A stretch of DNA of 64,000 nucleotides, taken from contig CAJQIN010000002.1 of assembly GCA_905478465.1 (NCBI GenBank), forward strand, positions 88,312 through 152,311, read 5' to 3'. The translations under genes were made by a program, and so were the position numbers. This document shows, in pieces, positions 1 to 9,361 of this stretch (positions are counted from its first letter, which is position 1; the number at the start of each line of letters is the position of its first letter). The DNA is from Minisyncoccota bacterium (lineage in GTDB: Bacteria > Patescibacteriota > Minisyncoccia > Phycocordibacterales > CAJQIN01). The notes below the pieces were generated by a model. The model searched no databases and was not told the DNA's origin. It saw only the letters and a list, made by a program, of their open reading frames with translations.

Positions 1-186
1 GAAAACACAATGAAGCCTGTTCTGCCATGTTCATAACCTTTCATAGAATGAACCATTTTATTAAAACTCTAACTTTGAAATTAACACAAAAAACACAAGT
101 GTCAACAATCATTTTAATTTTTTCTTGATAATCACCTCCATATACTATAGAGTGTGAACCATCGTTATTCATACAAATTAAGTTAT

Positions 187-1200
187 ATGCCTTACATAAA
201 CATAGAAATAAAAAAATTAGAAAACTCTGAAATTGAAATTAGCGGAGAGATTCTTGCCGAAACTCTTGAATCAAAGAAAGAAAAAGCTCTCAAAAACATC
301 TCTCAAGATGCTGAAATAAAAGGATTCCGAAAAGGACACGTACCCGAAGAAGTACTCCTTAAAAACATCGGAGAAATGACAATTCTTCAAGAAGCAGCTG
401 AACTAGCACTTTCTGATGAATACCCAGCTATCCTCATTGAACACAAAATAAATCCCCTTGGAAATCCTCAAATTTCTCTTACTAAACTTGCCCCAAAAGA
501 AAACCTTGGATTCAAGATAAAGACAGCAGTAATGCCAGAGGTAACCCTTTCTGACTACAAAACAACAGCCAAAAAGATAGTAAATGAAAAAGAAGATGAT
601 CTTGAAGTAACAAATGAGGAAGTTGAAAAAACTATCGAGCAAATAAAGCAACAACATCTTGCACATTCTAAGGACAAAAAAGAACTCGAAATAAATGATG
701 ATTTTGTCAAAACACTAGGGGACTTCAAAGATGTTGCTGATTTTAAAGCAAAAATAAAAGAAAACACAAAGATTGAAAAGAAAAGAATCGCTCGAGAAAA
801 GAAACGAAATGCAGTTATTGAAGAGATCATTGAGAAATCAAAAATCGAAATGCCTCAAATACTCGTTGACGGAGAACTCGAAAGAATGCTTGGACAATTT
901 AAAGCAGATGTAGAGCGAGCAGGACTAACCTATGAAAATTATCTTAAAGAGGTAAAGAAAACTGAAGAAGATATCAAAAAAGAATGGACACCTGTTGCTA
1001 TCAAAAAAGCTAAAATGCAACTCATATTAAACCAAATCGCTCTTGCAGAGAAAATTTCTCCTGAATCAGATCAAGTAGAAAAAGAAGTTGAACATCTCAT
1101 GAAGGAACATAAAGATGCTCCTGTAGAACGTATTAAAATTTTCGTTGAAACAATGCTAACAAACGAAAAAGTATTCGAATTTCTGGAAGCACAGAAATAA
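187..1200 (+). CDS. tig: trigger factor (N-terminal ribosome-binding and PPIase/chaperone domains)
   Basis: Has the GFRKGHVP signature about 46 aa from the M at 187, with typical trigger factor layout. It sits upstream of clpP in the conserved tig-clpP neighbourhood. An in-frame ATG at 154 is an alternative start. Confidence 0.8.
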   Translation: MPYINIEIKKLENSEIEISGEILAETLESKKEKALKNISQDAEIKGFRKGHVPEEVLLKNIGEMTILQEAAELALSDEYPAILIEHKINPLGNPQISLTKLAPKENLGFKIKTAVMPEVTLSDYKTTAKKIVNEKEDDLEVTNEEVEKTIEQIKQQHLAHSKDKKELEINDDFVKTLGDFKDVADFKAKIKENTKIEKKRIAREKKRNAVIEEIIEKSKIEMPQILVDGELERMLGQFKADVERAGLTYENYLKEVKKTEEDIKKEWTPVAIKKAKMQLILNQIALAEKISPESDQVEKEVEHLMKEHKDAPVERIKIFVETMLTNEKVFEFLEAQK

Positions 1201-1213
1201 TAAATTGAAACTC

Positions 1214-1247
1214 AAAAAACAGCGCCTTAAAATGGCGCTGTTTTTTA
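1214..1247. terminator. bidirectional rho-independent terminator between tig(+) and rsmE(-)
   Basis: cagcgcc-ttaaaat-ggcgctg hairpin with an A-run on one side and a T6 run on the other. Confidence 0.6.
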
Positions 1248-1255
1248 TTCTCTAA

Positions 1256-1954
1256 CTATCTTGAACTAAAAACACCTAATAACACAACCCCTGCCATAAC
1301 GGCCGTCTCCGCCCGAAGCGTATTAAAAGGTAATGAAATTGTAGATATTTTTTTCTCATCAAGAATCTCCAACTCTTTTTCACCCCACCCACCTTCTGGA
1401 CCAATAAGTATCTTCACCTCATCCGATAGATTAACATCAGAAATATCTTTCCCTTCCATATGTAATACCAAAACATCAGGATACTCCTCTAGTACCTCAG
1501 AAAAAGTTTTCATTTCATGTAGTACAGGCAACGTAACTCTCCCACATTGTTCCGTGGCTTCTTTTATAATCTTCGATAAACGATCCATTCTGACATTCTT
1601 GTACTGACTTCTTTCAGAAAAAACAGGAGTGATACTAGCAACACCAAGTTCTGTGGCCTTTTCAACAGCAAGCTCCAAATTATCTTTTTTAATAATGGAA
1701 AGAAAAAGATGCACTTTTCGAGAAACAATATCTTTTTTTTGCTCAAATGATTCCACAGAAAACTCTACTTCTTTTTTTGTCAGAGTATCTATAACCGAAA
1801 CGTACTCCACGCCAGTAGCATCAAAAAAGATAACCCTGTCCCCCTTCGAGAAACGAAAGACATCTTTTAGTTGATGAATAAGGTCTTTATCTACCAAAGA
1901 GAATTCTTTTTTACCCGTGAGTATTTCTTGTGTATAAAAACGATGTAATTTCAT
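1256..1954 (-). CDS. rsmE: 16S rRNA (uracil1498-N3)-methyltransferase, RsmE family
   Basis: 232 aa with the C-terminal IGPEGGW motif typical of RsmE SPOUT methyltransferases. Confidence 0.7.
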   Translation of the reverse strand: MKLHRFYTQEILTGKKEFSLVDKDLIHQLKDVFRFSKGDRVIFFDATGVEYVSVIDTLTKKEVEFSVESFEQKKDIVSRKVHLFLSIIKKDNLELAVEKATELGVASITPVFSERSQYKNVRMDRLSKIIKEATEQCGRVTLPVLHEMKTFSEVLEEYPDVLVLHMEGKDISDVNLSDEVKILIGPEGGWGEKELEILDEKKISTISLPFNTLRAETAVMAGVVLLGVFSSR

Positions 1955-2063
1955 ACTAATAGAATATAGAGGTATCCATAAAGAAGCAAGAATACCCTTT
2001 TCTTGCTTTCAACAAGAAAATATCTTATCCTTGAACCATCATTCATAATTCTTTAATCAATCC

Positions 2064-2636
2064 ATGTTAATTCCAACAGTAATCGAAAAAACAGCCGGCG
2101 GAGAACGCGCTTACGACATATACTCACGCCTACTTAAAGAAAGAATCATTTTTCTTGGTGGCCCCATAGAAGACCATACGGCAAATCTTATTATTGCTCA
2201 ACTTCTTTTTCTTCAGTCAGAAGATCCCAAAAAAGACATCAGTCTATATATCAACTCTCCTGGAGGATCTGTAGCATCTGGTATGGCTATTCTAGACACA
2301 ATGGCTTTTGTAAAAAATGATATTTCAACAGTCTGTGTGGGAATGGCAGCTTCAATGGGTGCAATGATTTTATCTGCCGGAGAGAAAGGGAAGCGTTTTA
2401 GTCTTCCGAATTCAGAAATAATGATCCACCAACCGCTTGGTGGAGTCGAGGGACAAGCGACTGATATCGAAATTACCGCCAAACAAATTCTCAAGATACG
2501 AGAACGTCTACACAAGATGCTTGCTAAAAATACCGGGCAAAATATCACCAAAATAGAGAAAGATGCTGAACGAGATTTCTGGATGACATCAGATGAAGCC
2601 AAGAAGTACGGACTGATTGATAAAGTGTTGAAATAG
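2064..2636 (+). CDS. clpP: ATP-dependent Clp protease proteolytic subunit
   Basis: 190 aa. Shows the canonical ClpP motifs ([22 protein letters not shown]) around the Ser-His-Asp catalytic triad. Confidence 0.95.
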   Translation: MLIPTVIEKTAGGERAYDIYSRLLKERIIFLGGPIEDHTANLIIAQLLFLQSEDPKKDISLYINSPGGSVASGMAILDTMAFVKNDISTVCVGMAASMGAMILSAGEKGKRFSLPNSEIMIHQPLGGVEGQATDIEITAKQILKIRERLHKMLAKNTGQNITKIEKDAERDFWMTSDEAKKYGLIDKVLK

Positions 2637-2641
2637 ATTTT

Positions 2642-2675
2642 TGTCAATAACATATACCTATGAATGTTATTGACA
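2642..2675. promoter_or_regulatory. 12-bp perfect inverted repeat (tgtcaataacat N10 atgttattgaca) overlapping a TTGACA -35-like hexamer
   Basis: Seen directly. Lies between clpP and the downstream ORF, so it is either a hairpin or an operator-like site. Confidence 0.35.
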
Positions 2676-2833
2676 TATGTATGTAAATACTTAGTATGTC
2701 GCATAGACATATCTTTTACAAAAAATTACAGAAAGGGAGTTAACTATTGGTAGCAAAAACTATTCATGTACAAATAATTATCACCTAAAAAGATACGAAC
2801 CTATACTCGGACAACATACCCAAAGGATTCATC

Positions 2834-3193
2834 ATGTCTACAAACATCACCATTACTGTAGAAAACAAATGCGGCTTATCTTTCAGGGGCCTTACTCAGA
2901 AAATCTTTACCGATCTCAACCCACGGGACTGGAGCATGCACCAAACTGGAAATTGTGGTTTCCTGGGGATGGCTTACACGGACTACACTGAGAGTGTTGA
3001 AAATGCTCTTCCCGACTCAGAGATTGTGTACTACCTATCAAGCCTCTACAAATTAACTTGGGATGAGGCGTGTGAAGTAGTGTTACACCTAATAAAACTT
3101 GGCTTTATAGAATTAGCCTATAAAGTAGACAAGTTCAGTCCTTCTGACGTACTAAACGGTCCTTGGACAAAACTGCTCAAGAATCTTTGTTAA
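2834..3193 (+). CDS. hypothetical protein
   Basis: 119-aa ORF followed by a strong terminator (gcctgc-cccgc-gcaggc plus T run at 3221-3247). No recognisable domain. Confidence 0.4.
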   Translation: MSTNITITVENKCGLSFRGLTQKIFTDLNPRDWSMHQTGNCGFLGMAYTDYTESVENALPDSEIVYYLSSLYKLTWDEACEVVLHLIKLGFIELAYKVDKFSPSDVLNGPWTKLLKNLC

Positions 3194-3220
3194 CAGAACA
3201 AAGAAAAAAGAGACCAACCA

Positions 3221-3247
3221 AAAGCCTGCCCCGCGCAGGCTTTTCCT
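3221..3247 (+). terminator. rho-independent terminator
   Basis: GC-rich hairpin gcctgc/gcaggc followed by TTTT. Confidence 0.6.
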
Positions 3248-3439
3248 TTACCCAACCACAAAAATGAGATACTATGCAAGTGTTATCTTTTAATTTTTAA
3301 TTTTGAACACATTACCCTTTAACCTATGCAGCAATTCCAGAAAAACCCTTAAAACCTCAGTATTTTCAAGAATTTTTAACAAATATACACTCGAAAAAAC
3401 ACCCCGTGTACTAAAAGCCTAGGAACATAAAAGGTATAT

Positions 3440-4987
3440 GTGTTCTATTACACACATATGCAATTAGCAATAATATTAGTATTTATACTACTCGCCGCTA
3501 TAGTCGGTGGAATTTTTGGATATTTTCTCCGATGGATCATTTCCCTTGGGAAAAAAGGTTCCGTGGAGCTCAATATCAAACAAATGATGCTTGAGGCAAA
3601 AGACGAAGCCCAGAATATCGTCGATGAAGCCGAAAAGAAAGCTGAGAAATTAGCCACAGAAACACGCACTGAAACAAAAGAAAAAGAAGAGAAAAGCAAA
3701 AAAACAGAAGAACGTCTCATAAAAAAAGAAGAGCTACTTGATAATAGACAAATAGAAATTGATAAAAGTATTGAGACTCTAAAAAATAAAGCCGAAGAAA
3801 TACAAGAACTACGCACACAAGCTGATACCCTCATTGCAGAACGAGCAACAATACTTGAAAAAACAGCGAACCTCACACAAGAAGAAGCCAAAAAAGAAAT
3901 AATTGAAACCGTTCAAAAAGAATCTGAGGAAGATATCCTTGTTAGACTACAAAAACTAGATCAAGAAGGAGAAGATCGTTTTGACAAAAAAGCACAGGAA
4001 ATACTAACCTCTGCTATACAACGTATGGCAAATAATGTTTCTTCGGACATCATGACTACTAATGTTCCCATCACCTCAGATGAAATTAAAGGAAAGGTCA
4101 TCGGAAAAGAGGGGCGTAACATTAAAGCCTTTGAAAAAGCTACTGGTGTAGAAGTTATTGTAGATGACACACCTGGAGCAATCACCATTTCATCATTTGA
4201 CCCAGTACGTCGACAAATAGCACGTGTTGCACTAGAAAATCTCATCGCAGACGGACGTATTCAACCTGCAAAAATTGAAGACGAGACAAAGAAAGCAACT
4301 GAAGAAATAAACAAAATAATAAAAGAAAAAGGTGAACAAGCAGCCTTCGAATGTGGTGTATACAACCTTGATCCTCGTGTTGTTTCCATACTTGGACGAC
4401 TTTATTTCCGAACAAGTTATGGACAAAACGTATTACAGCACTCTGTCGAAATGACACATATTGCCGGAATGCTTGCTGAAGAATTAGGCGCAGATGTCTC
4501 TATCGCAAAAGCAGGAGCACTTGTCCACGACATCGGAAAAGCAGTTGACCATGAAGTATCTGGTACCCACGTTGACATCGGAAGACGTATTCTACAAAAA
4601 TTTGGTACCAATGAAAGTATTATTCGAGCTATGGAAGCACACCATGAAGAATATCCATACGAAACACTTGAATCAAGAATTGTTCAAGCAGCAGACGCTA
4701 TCTCTGGTGCCCGACCCGGAGCTCGACGAGACAGTGTTGAAAACTATATTAAGCGTCTTTCCGAACTAGAAGGAATTGCAAAATCATTCACAGGTGTCGA
4801 AAAAGCCTATGCAATTCAAGCCGGTAGAGAAATTCGAATCTTTGTTGAGCCAGAAAAAGTATCTGATATCGAAGCACGAAAGTTAGCCCGAGATATTGCT
4901 CTTAGGGTTGAAAATGAATTAAAATACCCAGGAGAAATACGAATTAATGTTATCCGAGAGACTCGAGTACTCGAATACGCACGATAA
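3440..4987 (+). CDS. rny: ribonuclease Y (N-terminal TM helix, coiled coil, KH and HD domains)
   Basis: N-terminal hydrophobic helix, a KE-rich coiled coil, a KH domain (GKEGRNIKAFEKATGV) and an HD domain (HSVEMTHIAGMLA...LVHDIGKA). GTG start at 3440 has an AAAAGG RBS 5 nt upstream; an alternative ATG is at 3458. Confidence 0.9.
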   Translation: MFYYTHMQLAIILVFILLAAIVGGIFGYFLRWIISLGKKGSVELNIKQMMLEAKDEAQNIVDEAEKKAEKLATETRTETKEKEEKSKKTEERLIKKEELLDNRQIEIDKSIETLKNKAEEIQELRTQADTLIAERATILEKTANLTQEEAKKEIIETVQKESEEDILVRLQKLDQEGEDRFDKKAQEILTSAIQRMANNVSSDIMTTNVPITSDEIKGKVIGKEGRNIKAFEKATGVEVIVDDTPGAITISSFDPVRRQIARVALENLIADGRIQPAKIEDETKKATEEINKIIKEKGEQAAFECGVYNLDPRVVSILGRLYFRTSYGQNVLQHSVEMTHIAGMLAEELGADVSIAKAGALVHDIGKAVDHEVSGTHVDIGRRILQKFGTNESIIRAMEAHHEEYPYETLESRIVQAADAISGARPGARRDSVENYIKRLSELEGIAKSFTGVEKAYAIQAGREIRIFVEPEKVSDIEARKLARDIALRVENELKYPGEIRINVIRETRVLEYAR

Positions 4988-5138
4988 TTTTCCCGCTTTC
5001 AATCTTCCAAAGAAATATTTGGACACACACTGTCACTAGTGACAATACTTAATAACCATTTGCACTTCAAAATATGGCTCTATATAATATAAGCAGGTCA
5101 TTTTTGATCATGATCAATTATTAGATAATCTAAATAAA

Positions 5139-5411
5139 ATGAATAAAGCATCAATCGTTGAGGCTGTACACGAAAAACTTGGAGGTACTAAAGTACAATC
5201 TGAGGAAGTAGTAGAGACAGTTATCTCATCAATCATTACTTCTCTTACAAAAGGAGAGGAAGTTTCTATCGCAGGTCTTGGTATCTTCTCAGTGAAGGCT
5301 CGAGCAGCACGAACAGCTCGAAACCCACGAACAGGAGAGCCTATACAAGTTCCCGCAATGAACGTTCCAAAATTCCGAGCAGCAAAGGCTCTAAAGGACG
5401 CGGTTAAATAA
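5139..5411 (+). CDS. hup: DNA-binding protein HU
   Basis: 90 aa with canonical HU motifs (GFGxFxV, RxGRNPxTGExIxI arm). Confidence 0.9.
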   Translation: MNKASIVEAVHEKLGGTKVQSEEVVETVISSIITSLTKGEEVSIAGLGIFSVKARAARTARNPRTGEPIQVPAMNVPKFRAAKALKDAVK

Positions 5412-5437
5412 ATCTTTTTTAGATTTATCCTACTTAT

Positions 5438-5466
5438 AAAAAACACCCTTCGGGGTGTTTTTTATT
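5438..5466 (+). terminator. rho-independent terminator after hup
   Basis: aaacaccc-ttcg-gggtgttt hairpin followed by a T run. Confidence 0.7.
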
Positions 5467-5604
5467 TGAACAAAATAAAAAAACCGTATTTCATTTTTAA
5501 GAAATACAGTGTTTGTTTTTTGTTAAAAAGAAACTTGTCAACACCTTGTCACAAAACCAAAATGACACAAGTTATATATAACAGAACAACAAAGGAGACG
5601 TGCA

Positions 5605-5841
5605 ATGTTGATACAAACAAAAGGTATCTCAGAATGGCGAGTTATTTTCTACAAAACACAGGATCCAATCAAAAAATATCAAGCTCAAAAGAAAATGCAC
5701 CAACTCATACAGCAAGAAGTACAACGTGCTCGTTCTCAAAATGAACTCTCAGCACTAATGCTTCGATTTGGACATATTCCCGTAATTGGTTCTTGTATAA
5801 AAAAGAAAGAAAACAAACTCACTTCCCCAGCCCTCTTATGA
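5605..5841 (+). CDS. hypothetical small basic protein
   Basis: 78-aa ORF preceded by AAGGAGA at 7-nt spacing. Its stop codon is embedded in a hairpin (agccctc-ttat-gagggtt) followed by TTTTT. No homology recognised. Confidence 0.3.
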   Translation: MLIQTKGISEWRVIFYKTQDPIKKYQAQKKMHQLIQQEVQRARSQNELSALMLRFGHIPVIGSCIKKKENKLTSPALL

Positions 5842-5851
5842 GGGTTGGTTT

Positions 5852-6418
5852 TTATATATCCAAACACTCAGGAAGAGAATTCGGAATTGTAATCAAAATA
5901 TTATCATCATTGGCAACATCATCAGGCTCAGTAAAATGAACCTTCCCATCAGGTCCAGCTGAATATAATTCATCCTGAATACACTTTGCCTCCAAAGAAT
6001 ATGTCATCTCTCCTTCATTTTCATTTAAGAGATACGGACTACCCCAGGCATCTCGATCTGCTTTCTCTAAACCATCATATATATAACCAGTTGCTGCCTG
6101 CATGGCATTAATTGCATCAACCCATGCTTCATAACATTCCTGCGTCACACCACGCAGATCAGTGTTGGACATACAATTACCACCACCAACCCACCCAGCA
6201 CCACTAACCCCTGCATCTCGGGTAATATCAATAAGCGTTTGTCCGCTCTCACTCTGAGCAACAACCATAGCATCAGATATTTGCTTTAATTCAGCATTTG
6301 TTTTCGCTATACGAGCTTTTTCTCGTGCACTTCCAAATGCAGATAATGCGATACTAGACAAAATACCAATAATTGAAATGGTAATGAGTAGCTCTACAAG
6401 GGTAAAACCTTTTTTCAT
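5852..6418 (-). CDS. type IV pilin / pseudopilin with prepilin N-terminal cleavage-methylation motif
   Basis: N-terminus MKKGFTLVELLITISIIGIL matches the class III signal (G-F-T-L-x-E) plus a hydrophobic alpha1 helix. Confidence 0.8.
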   Translation of the reverse strand: MKKGFTLVELLITISIIGILSSIALSAFGSAREKARIAKTNAELKQISDAMVVAQSESGQTLIDITRDAGVSGAGWVGGGNCMSNTDLRGVTQECYEAWVDAINAMQAATGYIYDGLEKADRDAWGSPYLLNENEGEMTYSLEAKCIQDELYSAGPDGKVHFTEPDDVANDDNILITIPNSLPECLDI

Positions 6419-6473
6419 AATAATTATTGTAGCATTTAGAGAAAAAAGGAATAGGGTTTTATCATATTTCTAG

Positions 6474-6544
6474 TGCGGATACCGAGAATCGAACTCGGAT
6501 CTTATCCTTGGCAAGGATACATTCTACCACTAAACTATACCCGC
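6474..6544 (-). tRNA. tRNA-Gly (anticodon GCC), CCA not encoded
   Basis: Manually folded cloverleaf: acceptor GCGGGTA/TATCCGC, anticodon stem TATCC/GGATA with loop TTGCCAA, T-loop TTCGATT. The 3' end reads A-CTA. Confidence 0.85.
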
Positions 6545-6588
6545 TTATAAACAAAAAAATATTATCACGTCTCCCCTATCTTTTCTAG

Positions 6589-6942
6589 TTATTTTATAGA
6601 CAAGTCTTCGGAAATTTTCAACACCATATCAAAATCATCTTCTTTCTGTACTTTATTTTTCTTTAAGTGACCACATATCACACACTTATGCACCAACACA
6701 TACTCATCGCCATTTTTGAGCACTTCCGAGGGTTTCATAAGACCACCACAACTTGCCAAACGATCCCCCGGATCGATATCTACATGCTTACTCCATAGGC
6801 ACTTTGGGCAATGATTAGTGTAGCCATTCCCCATTACAGAATATCCACATTTTTCACATATAAAATCTTCTTTTTTTCTTGTAAACATATATTTATCTAA
6901 AACATTAACACACTCCCCGAGACAATAAAAAAGTTGCCGCAC
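6589..6942 (-). CDS. RNHCP domain-containing Zn-ribbon protein
   Basis: Has the NHCPKC motif plus further CxxC pairs (CEKCGY, CVICGH). The likely start is the internal M at about 6888. Confidence 0.55.
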   Translation of the reverse strand: MRQLFYCLGECVNVLDKYMFTRKKEDFICEKCGYSVMGNGYTNHCPKCLWSKHVDIDPGDRLASCGGLMKPSEVLKNGDEYVLVHKCVICGHLKKNKVQKEDDFDMVLKISEDLSIK

Positions 6943-6958
6943 ATACGTAACGACAACC

Positions 6959-7663
6959 TTATATTGTTTTACCCTTTCTCATTAGAGAAATCTCAGTAGT
7001 GATCCGTCTCATATACTGACATAATTCACCAATACGAATTTTAGTCAATTGCAGTTTTATAAAATTCACACCACATAATACATGTACCATACTATTCGGT
7101 CCTGCAACATTCAAAAGGTTCCTTTCATGAAAACCCCAATCATGCATACCTACGATATCTAAAAAAACTTCTGAACCATAAGTATTTCTTATGTTTTTCA
7201 ACACCGAAACATTTAAAGGTTCAATAGCTAATCCTAACAACTCACTGTTCTTCACAAAAGAAACTACTTTGCCCTGTTCAGGATCCTCCGTTACCAAAAC
7301 ATTTGCATGCGAAAAAAATTCAATAGAGTCTCTTCCAATTTGGGTTACAGACAGATACCGACTATCTAAGATAACTGGTATTTGTGGCGCCTTCTCTTGA
7401 AGAAAATCTAATGTCTTTTTCAAAGCAAGATACCCTGCATCTCTATACGCAGAATAGGTATCCCATGAAATCAAAAAAGCTCCCGCAAAATCAAGTGTTT
7501 TAGTAATAAGACTCTTATGAAAACGATGCAACATTTCAGCGGCTGTTCGTGTTAAAAAAGGTGCACATTTCAAAACCGAAGTATCCCCTCCTAATTCAAG
7601 GAGCACGCAATGTTCATACTGAAACAATTGCTGTCGAATCATTTCGGAAAAAATTGTATCCAT
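6959..7663 (-). CDS. hypothetical protein (possibly a divergent OMP decarboxylase-like TIM barrel; weak)
   Basis: 234-aa ORF. The segment ILDSRYLSVTQIG loosely resembles the DxKxxDIGxT motif of OMP decarboxylase. This is not secure. Confidence 0.3.
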   Translation of the reverse strand: MDTIFSEMIRQQLFQYEHCVLLELGGDTSVLKCAPFLTRTAAEMLHRFHKSLITKTLDFAGAFLISWDTYSAYRDAGYLALKKTLDFLQEKAPQIPVILDSRYLSVTQIGRDSIEFFSHANVLVTEDPEQGKVVSFVKNSELLGLAIEPLNVSVLKNIRNTYGSEVFLDIVGMHDWGFHERNLLNVAGPNSMVHVLCGVNFIKLQLTKIRIGELCQYMRRITTEISLMRKGKTI

Positions 7664-7816
7664 TTAAAATCTCCTTTCCTTAAGAAACCATGAAATTGTA
7701 AACAAACTCTATATACAGTGTAAAAGAAATATCAAGACCTATCAAGGACAGGTTTAATAACAAAAAACAAGGCAAAACCTTGTTTTTTGTAAACAAACAT
7801 ATTTTTATCTTCTCTG

Positions 7817-7889
7817 TCGGAGTGCCGAGATTCGAACTCGGAGTCACTCCGTCCCAAACGGAGCATGTTAGCCGTTACACTACACTCCG
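7817..7889 (-). tRNA. tRNA-Pro (anticodon TGG), CCA not encoded
   Basis: Manual fold: acceptor CGGAGTG/CACTCCG, anticodon arm CTCCG-TTTGGGA-CGGAG, T-loop TTCGAAT. Confidence 0.85.
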
Positions 7890-8083
7890 ACACAAAAGAT
7901 ACTCTTATGTAATCTCAACAATACTATCACACAATCCTTTTAAGACAACAACCTTATGTGATGCATTAAAAGTATCCTGATTAAAGCATGAAGTTTCATG
8001 AGAAACCTTGATATAGCATTCTAGACAACGCTCTGCCAAATTGGCACAATCTAAGTTTACTACCTAATCCAATAAAAACCCAG

Positions 8084-8132
8084 TTTCACGTGAAATACAC
8101 CTCATATACGTTTCACGTGAAACGTATATGAG
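8084..8132. repeat. two copies of the palindrome TTTCACGTGAAA, the second embedded in a perfect 32-bp palindrome (8101-8132)
   Basis: ctcatatacgtttcac|gtgaaacgtatatgag reads identically on both strands. Confidence 0.8.
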
Positions 8133-8430
8133 CTTTTGGCCAAAAATACAAAGCTTTTTCGTTTTTAAGGCTAAATAGAGCCATATTTTAAAGTCAAAGA
8201 CGTTTATAGACACTTCTCAAAAAATGTCTTTTATACACATATCCCCATACTTATCCCCAGTTTTCCACAAAAAACCTTATTTTAGGGGATATATAAAGGA
8301 AAAAGTCTTTTTATATGACCCTTAAAAGAATCACTCATCAAACACCTTCAGACAAATTAATGAAAGATAAAGCACTCTATAGAGGGATATGTTTAAGACA
8401 AAAAATAACCCAAAAGGGTTATTTTTTTAG

Positions 8431-8501
8431 TGCGGGATGGGGGAATCGAACTCCCATGTACTGCTTGGAAGGCAGTCATTCTACCATTAAATTAATCCCG
8501 C
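8431..8501 (-). tRNA. tRNA-Gly (anticodon TCC), CCA not encoded
   Basis: Manual fold: acceptor GCGGGAT/ATCCCGC, anticodon arm ACTGC-CTTCCAA-GCAGT, T-loop TTCGATT. Confidence 0.85.
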
Positions 8502-8535
8502 ATGAAAACTATTCTAACATAAAATATCTACAATG

Positions 8536-8608
8536 TGCGCCTGGCAGGAGTCGAACCCACAACCCCTTGTTCCGAAGACAAGTGCTCTATCCATTGAGCT
8601 ACAGACGC
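8536..8608 (-). tRNA. tRNA-Arg (anticodon TCG), CCA not encoded
   Basis: Manual fold: acceptor GCGTCTG/CAGGCGC, D arm GCTC-AATGGATA-GAGC, anticodon arm CTTGT-CTTCGGA-ACAAG, T-loop TTCGACT. Confidence 0.8.
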
Positions 8609-8622
8609 CCTGAATAAGTATA

Positions 8623-9300
8623 CTATAGTTTTTTCCTGGAAGAAGCAACTAACATACTCTGAAAAAACTTCATCCTCCACAAAAACCTCACTCCTGACAG
8701 CTCTACGACCAAACAACCCTTATAATTAGGTCTTTTTTTAACCTTTAACCCGCTCGGCTTATAGATGCTTTTCTGAAACCTTGAAGAGGGAATATGTGTC
8801 AATTCTGACCAATATGTCTCCCATTCTTCATGAGCATATGGTGCATGTAGGTACAATCGACACTTCATATTTTCTTCATTTACATACATATATCTCTTTA
8901 TCCACAGAACCATAAAACATATCATGTCTGGATCTGAATTAATAAAACGAAAATTACTCGATCTTTTTGCCCCCTCAGCCCAATACAGAGCTACTCCTGC
9001 AATAAACATAGGGTCATCTTTATACTTATCAAACTCTTTTTGTGCTTCTGTAAACTCCAACTGCTCTCGAATTAAACGATTCTGCCTATTAGCACTCGCC
9101 GCTTTTATTCTACCCCGTGAGATATTTGAATCTGTTCTTTTTTTCAACACATCCTTTTCATCTTCAGTAAGAGGCAGATCTTTCAACCAATTAGAAAGAG
9201 TACTTTTAGAAACATCCACATGTTCCAAAATCTCTTTATAACTAGCGCCTTTTCTACGCATTTCAATAGATTTTTGTTTTTCTTGAACCTTGCTTTTCAT
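8623..9300 (-). CDS. helix-turn-helix DNA-binding protein, function unknown
   Basis: N-terminal HTH (GASYKEILEHVDVSKSTLSNWLK), similar to transposase/resolvase-type HTHs. The rest is not recognisable. Lies next to the tRNA cluster. Confidence 0.5.
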   Translation of the reverse strand: MKSKVQEKQKSIEMRRKGASYKEILEHVDVSKSTLSNWLKDLPLTEDEKDVLKKRTDSNISRGRIKAASANRQNRLIREQLEFTEAQKEFDKYKDDPMFIAGVALYWAEGAKRSSNFRFINSDPDMICFMVLWIKRYMYVNEENMKCRLYLHAPYAHEEWETYWSELTHIPSSRFQKSIYKPSGLKVKKRPNYKGCLVVELSGVRFLWRMKFFQSMLVASSRKKL

Positions 9301-9361
9301 ACTGTATAACTATAATACTCTGTTCATTGTACACAAAACAAAAGTACTGTACAATGCTGAT

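Noticed and set aside
3448-4611. Several 60-150-aa minus-strand ORFs inside rny (3448-3891, 3961-4245, 4232-4457, 4417-4611), and similar antisense ORFs inside tig, clpP, pnp, the helicase, polA, pilB and PBP1A
   Set aside because: They are antisense to high-confidence conserved genes and have low-complexity or hydrophobic compositions typical of antisense frames in AT-rich coding DNA.
8315-8716. ORFs 8315-8617 (+) and 8528-8716 (-) from the six-frame track
   Set aside because: They run straight through tRNA-Gly(TCC) and tRNA-Arg(TCG) and their sequences are low-complexity. They are read-through artefacts of the tRNA cluster.
8623-9300. Possible LAGLIDADG-like segment (FIAGVALYWAEGAK) in the HTH protein
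   Set aside because: The spacing does not match the LAGLIDADG consensus (LAG-x3-ADG) and there is no second motif, so it was kept as an HTH protein only.
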